Shown: positions 59,070 to 64,000 of the stretch, in pieces | Layout: every line of letters begins with the position of its first letter | How positions within the stretch are numbered: the stretch's first letter is position 1 | IMG/VR virus record: IMGVR_UViG_3300042010_000129 | Span: 96,001 to 160,000 of that record | Source: a virus | Lineage: Duplodnaviria > Caudoviricetes | Strand: one strand, 5' to 3' | DNA: 64,000 nt | Position numbers and translations under genes: made by a program | Notes under the pieces: model-generated | Told to the model about the DNA's origin: nothing | What the model saw: the letters and a program-made list of their open reading frames with translations, nothing else | The model's database searches: none

Positions 59070-59812
59070 TTTTCCTCCCGTGGAACCATAAGGTAAGTCA
59101 TGTCGGAACCGAATACAGAACCGAACAAATCCATCAAATGCGGATCAACCGTGAACTTCAGATCGAAGTTATCGAAATCGACGCGGATCTTGTAGGCGCG
59201 TGCCGTCATGTGGTGCCACACCATGTGAAAATATTCGTCCTCACAGGTATTTTCAGGCGGCACATAAAGTTCACCACGGCCATACACAACGCGCTGTGCA
59301 TACGCAGCATGCGTGACCTGCCGAAACAGTTCGTGAACCAAAACGCGACAGCGCTGAATTTCAAACTGATCATCGACAGGGTGTGCGCTTTGCAACGTTT
59401 TCGCAATGGTGAATTTCAATTCCGTTTCGTATTCATGGATAAACGTTTTAATAACGGTCGCCATGCCGATAAGGTCAGACAGCGCCACGCCACCGGGAAT
59501 GCCCCAATGCAGCACAGGGCCGAACCCCGGCTGTAAGTGCAGGATCGAATAACCATTGTGAAAAATCCGGTCACGGTCTGCTGCTGGCAGATGCTCAAAC
59601 CTCATGTTTATTTTTGGATGCGTCCGCCCTATTGGATCACGCGAATTGTGCAGCCAGTCTTCGACCAGCGTCTTCACAATAAAATGTGAATACTGCTGGG
59701 GCTTGGCCGCGCAATAAATCATCGCGTGATTAATTTTCGCATCTGGCGTAATGCACGCAGCCCTGTCGAACGTCAAACTGAATTTCGGGATAGCACATTT
59801 GAGAAACATCAC
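59066..59812 (-). CDS. Hypothetical protein
   Basis: 248 aa. Confidence 0.6.
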   Translation of the reverse strand: MMFLKCAIPKFSLTFDRAACITPDAKINHAMIYCAAKPQQYSHFIVKTLVEDWLHNSRDPIGRTHPKINMRFEHLPAADRDRIFHNGYSILHLQPGFGPVLHWGIPGGVALSDLIGMATVIKTFIHEYETELKFTIAKTLQSAHPVDDQFEIQRCRVLVHELFRQVTHAAYAQRVVYGRGELYVPPENTCEDEYFHMVWHHMTARAYKIRVDFDNFDLKFTVDPHLMDLFGSVFGSDMTYLMVPREEN

Positions 59813-60195
59813 AGCAGCCCCTTTTCAATCAAGTAGTCTTCGATTGCTTCACGTGCAACCCGGTCAATTTGTTTTGCGCGTCGGCCTTTCTTCGCCAGTT
59901 TCATTCGTTCATGGCGTTTTTTCATCAGCCGATCATGCAGCACCATTCCAGCAACCCAACCGGCCCCAGCGCCTACGCAACTGAAAAGCGAGTAATACGG
60001 ATTTTCCATCTTGAGTGCAGCAACGCCAATCGTCAGCATAATAATCAATTCGCAGGCGCTCATTGCAGACCCGCCACAAAATGCCATGATCTTGTGACCG
60101 CCTGAAGCTGCCTTGCTCTGCATCCCACGTAAAAGAGTGGTGACGAACAAAACACCACTCATGGACAATACAGTTGTCGCCATGTGCCAATCCAC
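59809..60195 (-). CDS. Membrane protein (3-4 TM)
   Basis: Hydrophobic core, basic C-terminus. Confidence 0.6.
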   Translation of the reverse strand: MDWHMATTVLSMSGVLFVTTLLRGMQSKAASGGHKIMAFCGGSAMSACELIIMLTIGVAALKMENPYYSLFSCVGAGAGWVAGMVLHDRLMKKRHERMKLAKKGRRAKQIDRVAREAIEDYLIEKGLL

Positions 60196-60740
60196 TACGA
60201 TGTTGCCCCCATTTTCTCAAGTGCGAAACGCATGGTGGTGTCGGTGATAATGCTGCAAACTTTCACCATATCGCCACTGCCTTTTTCCAGCACAACCAAG
60301 GCCGGGAATTTCGAAGAATCAATCGTGACGGCAATCGGCCAATCAAGACGAATGCGGCACTTGCCGGGAATGCGTGCGACTTTGCGCGCAGCGGTGTACA
60401 GCCCCGGCATAGAACGAACCAGCCACAAGTTTTTATGCAGGTGTTCGTATTGGTCGTGGTCGGGACTGTCGAATTCGATTGAAACACTATTTTTGTGCGG
60501 CTGCATTTGCTGCACAGCGTCGATCATTTGTTGGTCGGTGAAGAATTTCAGATCGTAAACGAGCGGGCCTTTCGGGCTTTCGCAAATCTGCATCCACCAT
60601 TGAACATCGTCACCGGTTTCTTCCGGGTAATTGCCGGTAAACTCGAATGGGCAATCTGCGCCCAAATCACTATAGGCCCTGACAAGACGCGGGATATCCG
60701 AGCGGTTGCGCACCGGAAATATATTACGCTTGTTTTCCAT
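60195..60740 (-). CDS. Hypothetical protein
   Basis: 181 aa, GGAAG SD. Confidence 0.6.
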   Translation of the reverse strand: MENKRNIFPVRNRSDIPRLVRAYSDLGADCPFEFTGNYPEETGDDVQWWMQICESPKGPLVYDLKFFTDQQMIDAVQQMQPHKNSVSIEFDSPDHDQYEHLHKNLWLVRSMPGLYTAARKVARIPGKCRIRLDWPIAVTIDSSKFPALVVLEKGSGDMVKVCSIITDTTMRFALEKMGATS

Positions 60741-60749
60741 TGTTCTTCC

Positions 60750-61331
60750 TTAGATCATTTTCGATTGGATTGAGTAGGAGCCTTCACCGGTCGAGCCGAT
60801 GAATGTTGCGTTTAAAATTGCGCGTTGTAAATCGTGGTACACACCAGCCCGCCATGCTGTGTAACTATCAGGTTTGGAATCAGGGTGAAATTGCAGACGG
60901 CGTTTTTCTTGTTCGTCGTACTCGAACAATTCATGCGCCACCAGATTGTCGATCATGTCCAGCAGCGTGCGCAATTCGCGCTCTTCCAGCAGCCCCCGTG
61001 CCACCATGTCGAAGTGTACCGAAACAAAACCATCATCCAGATAGGCGCTGAGTTTCGAACACGCATGCATGCACATCCGCTTCGATTTTTTCCAGAATTC
61101 ACGCGGTGCATTTCCGTCACCTATATACTCGGCTTGCGAAGCGCGGTGGCAGAACCGGGCAGCAGGCAGGAAAACTTCTTGGCGGAAGAATTCACGCAGT
61201 TCCTGTACTTGCTGATCCTTCGCCCGGATCTTGTTGAAACGTTCGTGAATGAAATGCGAAGGGAACCTGAAAATCACCGCATGTTCATGCTTGGTCAGCA
61301 TTTTCATCAGCCGATCATTTTTATCGAGCAT
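60750..61331 (-). CDS. Hypothetical protein
   Basis: 193 aa; TAATG overlap. Confidence 0.6.
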   Translation of the reverse strand: MLDKNDRLMKMLTKHEHAVIFRFPSHFIHERFNKIRAKDQQVQELREFFRQEVFLPAARFCHRASQAEYIGDGNAPREFWKKSKRMCMHACSKLSAYLDDGFVSVHFDMVARGLLEERELRTLLDMIDNLVAHELFEYDEQEKRRLQFHPDSKPDSYTAWRAGVYHDLQRAILNATFIGSTGEGSYSIQSKMI

Positions 61332-61675
61332 TACTTGTTCCCCAGCTGCGCTTCGAGTGCTTTCCGCTGTTCGATGGAATCGCGATACGTCCGGTACTTG
61401 TGCGCCAGATTATCGTTGCCCGGTTTCAGACACGACATGCGGCCCTGTGAAGCGCTGCTGGCGTAGCAAACCACATTCGCATCCGAATCGTAAAAGCGGG
61501 TCATGTCCGCTGCGCCCGGCCCATGGTTGAAAAACTCAATCATGAACGGCGACTGTTCAATATACTGATTGGTTTTGGTTTCTGCTTCGGCACGCGGAGA
61601 GTTCACGAAGTTCAGCGTCAGCGCCGTGACGATCATTGCGGAAATCAGCGAAAGGTTTCGGTAGTCGTGTCGCAT
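61331..61675 (-). CDS. Secreted/periplasmic small protein
   Basis: Signal-like N-terminus; RFYDSDANVVCY...SCL motif. Confidence 0.55.
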   Translation of the reverse strand: MRHDYRNLSLISAMIVTALTLNFVNSPRAEAETKTNQYIEQSPFMIEFFNHGPGAADMTRFYDSDANVVCYASSASQGRMSCLKPGNDNLAHKYRTYRDSIEQRKALEAQLGNK

Positions 61676-62103
61676 TAATTAACCCCATCCAGAATTTGAG
61701 CTTTGATCATGTCGAGAATACGATCCACGGAATCTGCGTGGTCGCACGCTTCTTTCACCGTCGAGAATTTCGTGCCCAGCGACAACCCGTGCGGCAACCG
61801 GGCTTTTTCCAAATCGAAACCGCCAACCAAACGCACGTACCAATCGCCATCCCAATAAACTTTCGTCCACTGACTTTCTCGATTGCGTTCGCCGCGTACA
61901 GTCACACCCTTGATCGGTGTGTTGTCGCCTACAATGTTGTTATGTTTGAGCCAATCATTCACAGGAATAAAAACGTTCACATCCTGCGTCATTTTAACTT
62001 TTACACCAACGAGCTTCCCGCAACACTCGCTCGTAAAAACTGGGGTTGTATAGTTCTGCAACGGCTGGTTGCAGTACGGGCACTGTAGATTTTCGTGGGT
62101 CAT
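61675..62103 (-). CDS. Zn-ribbon protein
   Basis: CPYC...ECCG at the N-terminus. Confidence 0.55.
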   Translation of the reverse strand: MTHENLQCPYCNQPLQNYTTPVFTSECCGKLVGVKVKMTQDVNVFIPVNDWLKHNNIVGDNTPIKGVTVRGERNRESQWTKVYWDGDWYVRLVGGFDLEKARLPHGLSLGTKFSTVKEACDHADSVDRILDMIKAQILDGVN

Positions 62104-62230
62104 TCGGTTTCGCTTCCACTTTGGTAAGCGCGCTACAATAAACGCAGCGCAATTTTAATTCCGAGGTCAGAAACAACGCCAGCATTTCCGGCGAGCAAAG
62201 CAGGCCTCGGCTACATCGTCGGCAATTCAT
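61994..62230 (-). CDS. Small Zn-finger-like protein
   Basis: CRRC...CVYC; ATGA overlap; 110-nt overlap with the next gene. Confidence 0.4.
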   Translation of the reverse strand: MNCRRCSRGLLCSPEMLALFLTSELKLRCVYCSALTKVEAKPNDPRKSTVPVLQPAVAELYNPSFYERVLREARWCKS

Positions 62231-62478
62231 GTGCGGTGCGCAGAACCGTCAAGTTCACCGGCACGCTTGAATTGATGAATCAAAAACTTTTCAGCAGATT
62301 CCAGTTCGGCTCGAACCTGATTATCCCGCTGATCCAAAAGGCGTTTACGTGCCTCATGGAAGTTTTGGTAGCGCAGTGCTTTCGAAAGATGTTCCTGCGC
62401 ATTCGCCAACTGAACACCGGTAATCCGACGCACGCGCCGGGCCACGGCTTTGAAAAGTTCCAGTGCGTTGTCATCCAT
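62227..62478 (-). CDS. Hypothetical helical protein (glyoxalase-superfamily-like N-domain)
   Basis: KAVARRVRR...LANAQEHLSKAL.YQNFHE pattern. Confidence 0.45.
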   Translation of the reverse strand: MDDNALELFKAVARRVRRITGVQLANAQEHLSKALRYQNFHEARKRLLDQRDNQVRAELESAEKFLIHQFKRAGELDGSAHRT

Positions 62479-62648
62479 TAACAGGTAATCCGTGGCGGTG
62501 TGATAAGGGTTTCATGTCCGCAACCGGGGCACACGTGGCGGTACTGCATACCACGCGGAATTACCATGCCGGTTGGTGGTCGGTGCGACAGGTTGAAACA
62601 CGGTTCTTTGTATTCCGGAATAGGCTCGAAGCCTGACTGCTTTTTCAT
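62478..62648 (-). CDS. Small protein with HxCxxC motif (absent from ORF track)
   Basis: Manual translation MKKQSGFEPIPEYKEPCFNLSHRPPTGMVIPRGMQYRHVCPGCGHETLITPPRITC; TAATG coupling. Confidence 0.55.
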   Translation of the reverse strand: MKKQSGFEPIPEYKEPCFNLSHRPPTGMVIPRGMQYRHVCPGCGHETLITPPRITC

Positions 62649-62660
62649 TGTCCCTACTCC

Positions 62661-62672
62661 AATTTACAGTTT
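62661..62672 (-). promoter_or_regulatory. AAACTGTAAATT motif (1 mismatch)
   Basis: Overlaps a TAA stop, 13 nt before the next ATG. Confidence 0.45.
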
Positions 62673-63125
62673 GGGCAACTGGTGAATTTTGATCCACTGA
62701 TCGTTCGGCGCAAGGTAATGCGTGCGCACCGATTTTTTATCGGTCTGGTATTTCGCGCCCTTGTGATGCAGCGAGATTGCCCACTGAACTTCGCCCGCGT
62801 TATCCACGATATAACCGGCTTCTTGAATCGCTGCGTCAACCCGCAGATGCCAATCCTTCAGCGCTTCGTTTTTAACGCGCTTCAGATGCGGAACACGCTC
62901 GGCCAATTCCCAACGGAAATCAGGATCAATTTTCAGTTCTGGCGCGTCGTGCATGTCACTGTGCAAAACCAGATCGTAAACCGCAACGCCGGACTTGGAT
63001 TGTTCGTAGTTGAAACGCAACGCGCAATCGGCGCCTTTGTGCTTATCCACGAAATCGCGAAGCTCCTGCATAGTCAAACCACCGGGTCGTTCGGTGCCGA
63101 TGCGAATGCTGTCGATTGCTTTCAT
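62664..63125 (-). CDS. Hypothetical protein
   Basis: Start MKAIDS, 1 nt after the upstream stop. Confidence 0.55.
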   Translation of the reverse strand: MKAIDSIRIGTERPGGLTMQELRDFVDKHKGADCALRFNYEQSKSGVAVYDLVLHSDMHDAPELKIDPDFRWELAERVPHLKRVKNEALKDWHLRVDAAIQEAGYIVDNAGEVQWAISLHHKGAKYQTDKKSVRTHYLAPNDQWIKIHQLPKL

Positions 63126-63126
63126 T

Positions 63127-63588
63127 TTAAACGTCCCTTTGCGCGAAGTTTTCTTTTGGCAGAACACCACCGGTAAACACGCAGGTCAGCAGGTCGGGAA
63201 CCTCTTCCATAATGCCCGGCAAATATTTGGTGAAGTCCACGCAGTGCAGCACACGCAATTTGTTGTAGGCGTCACGGCTACGGGCGTTCTGCGAAATCTT
63301 GAACCGGGTGATTGCAGAATCAATTTCGCAAATATCAATCCAGCCCTTGTTGAACATGGTGTCCACTTTGGCAACCAGATTCGTCAGCGCCTGCATTTGC
63401 CAAACGTCATCCATATTTTCCGGTTCAGGAAATACGATCAGGTCTGTGATTTTCTGCTTACGGAAAACGCGGATGCTCGGCGCTTCCTGACGGGAAGACT
63501 GTTGCGAAATGTGCGCCATCGCGGTCGATGCAGAAGGTGTGCTGTCCGTGTCTTTTACACGGGTGATTGAAAGTCCCAAAAAGTTCAT
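63127..63588 (-). CDS. Hypothetical protein
   Basis: 153 aa; ATGA overlap. Confidence 0.6.
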   Translation of the reverse strand: MNFLGLSITRVKDTDSTPSASTAMAHISQQSSRQEAPSIRVFRKQKITDLIVFPEPENMDDVWQMQALTNLVAKVDTMFNKGWIDICEIDSAITRFKISQNARSRDAYNKLRVLHCVDFTKYLPGIMEEVPDLLTCVFTGGVLPKENFAQRDV

Positions 63589-63842
63589 ACGGGTTTTCCC
63601 TGTTGCATGCGTGCGGCTCTTTTCGATTGCCCTGCACGGTCACGCCGAGATTGGTTTAAAAGCGGCCACTGAACATCGAGGAATTTACACGCCTCATAAA
63701 ATTTACGCCGGTCGTATCCGAGGATTTCGGCAGCGTGCGTTCTGCTGTGTCCAGTAGCCGCAAGTTCCCTGCACTTAGTTACAAGGCAGTCCGTTTTTTC
63801 CAGTTGCGTTTCGGTTTGTACGTCCGGTATTTCGTTTTGCAT
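63585..63842 (-). CDS. Putative HTH protein
   Basis: LAATGHSRTHAAEILGYDRRKFYE HTH pattern. Confidence 0.5.
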   Translation of the reverse strand: MQNEIPDVQTETQLEKTDCLVTKCRELAATGHSRTHAAEILGYDRRKFYEACKFLDVQWPLLNQSRRDRAGQSKRAARMQQGKPV

Positions 63843-63913
63843 ATCGCATACACCGTAACGGCCAGCGGCAGGCAATTCATGAACACCATGAAAAGGATAA
63901 ACAACGTTTTCAC
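63779..63913 (-). CDS. 44-aa TM plus basic tail peptide
   Basis: Manual translation MKTLFILFMVFMNCLPLAVTVYAICKTKYRTYKPKRNWKKRTAL; TAGTG coupling. Confidence 0.35.
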   Translation of the reverse strand: MKTLFILFMVFMNCLPLAVTVYAICKTKYRTYKPKRNWKKRTAL

Positions 63914-64000
63914 TATTCGCTCACTACCAGCTGAAGGTCATAGCCAAGATTCGCGCAGAACATCAGGATACGGGCGAGCGGCACTTGGCCCCGGCCCGTG
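63913..64000 (-). CDS. Partial CDS, C-terminus of a possible XRE-HTH protein
   Basis: ...TGRGQVPLARILMFCANLGYDLQLVVSE-stop runs off the window. Confidence 0.4.
   Translation of the reverse strand, partial: TGRGQVPLARILMFCANLGYDLQLVVSE

Overview
This window is most likely part of a large (jumbo) myophage genome, about 50-53% GC by eye. The host is probably Pseudomonas, because the phage encodes a near-copy of the AmrZ DNA-binding domain. The gene content recalls PaBG/Lu11/Y3-type phages, but this is inference with no database search. Positions 1-23.4 kb (+ strand) form a late module. It holds very large tail-fibre/adhesin-like proteins (4 PA14-like repeats, split Calx-beta domains, a collagen helix, Gly-rich, LamG and C-type-lectin-like domains), two paralogous tail proteins, a 4-gene membrane/periplasm block, and a lysis cassette (holin-like, overlapping lipoprotein spanin candidate, M15 peptidase). 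A bidirectional terminator lies at about 23.45 kb. Positions 23.5-64 kb (- strand) carry about 75 tightly packed, mostly unknown genes. Recognisable ones are an AmrZ homologue, a YgiB/YgiC-like lipoprotein plus ATP-grasp pair, three NUDIX hydrolases, an HD protein, a divergent NADAR, DUF4326, three tandem P-loop-like proteins lacking the Walker A Lys, and RHH/HTH regulators. A 12-nt motif (AAACTGTAAATA, - strand) recurs at gene junctions and is a probable phage promoter. A structured intergenic element lies at 58.2-58.3 kb. I found no tRNA, rRNA, CRISPR array, integrase, transposase or reverse transcriptase. All family calls come from motif recall, and several start codons are re-assigned from the ORF track using SD sequences and stop/start overlaps.
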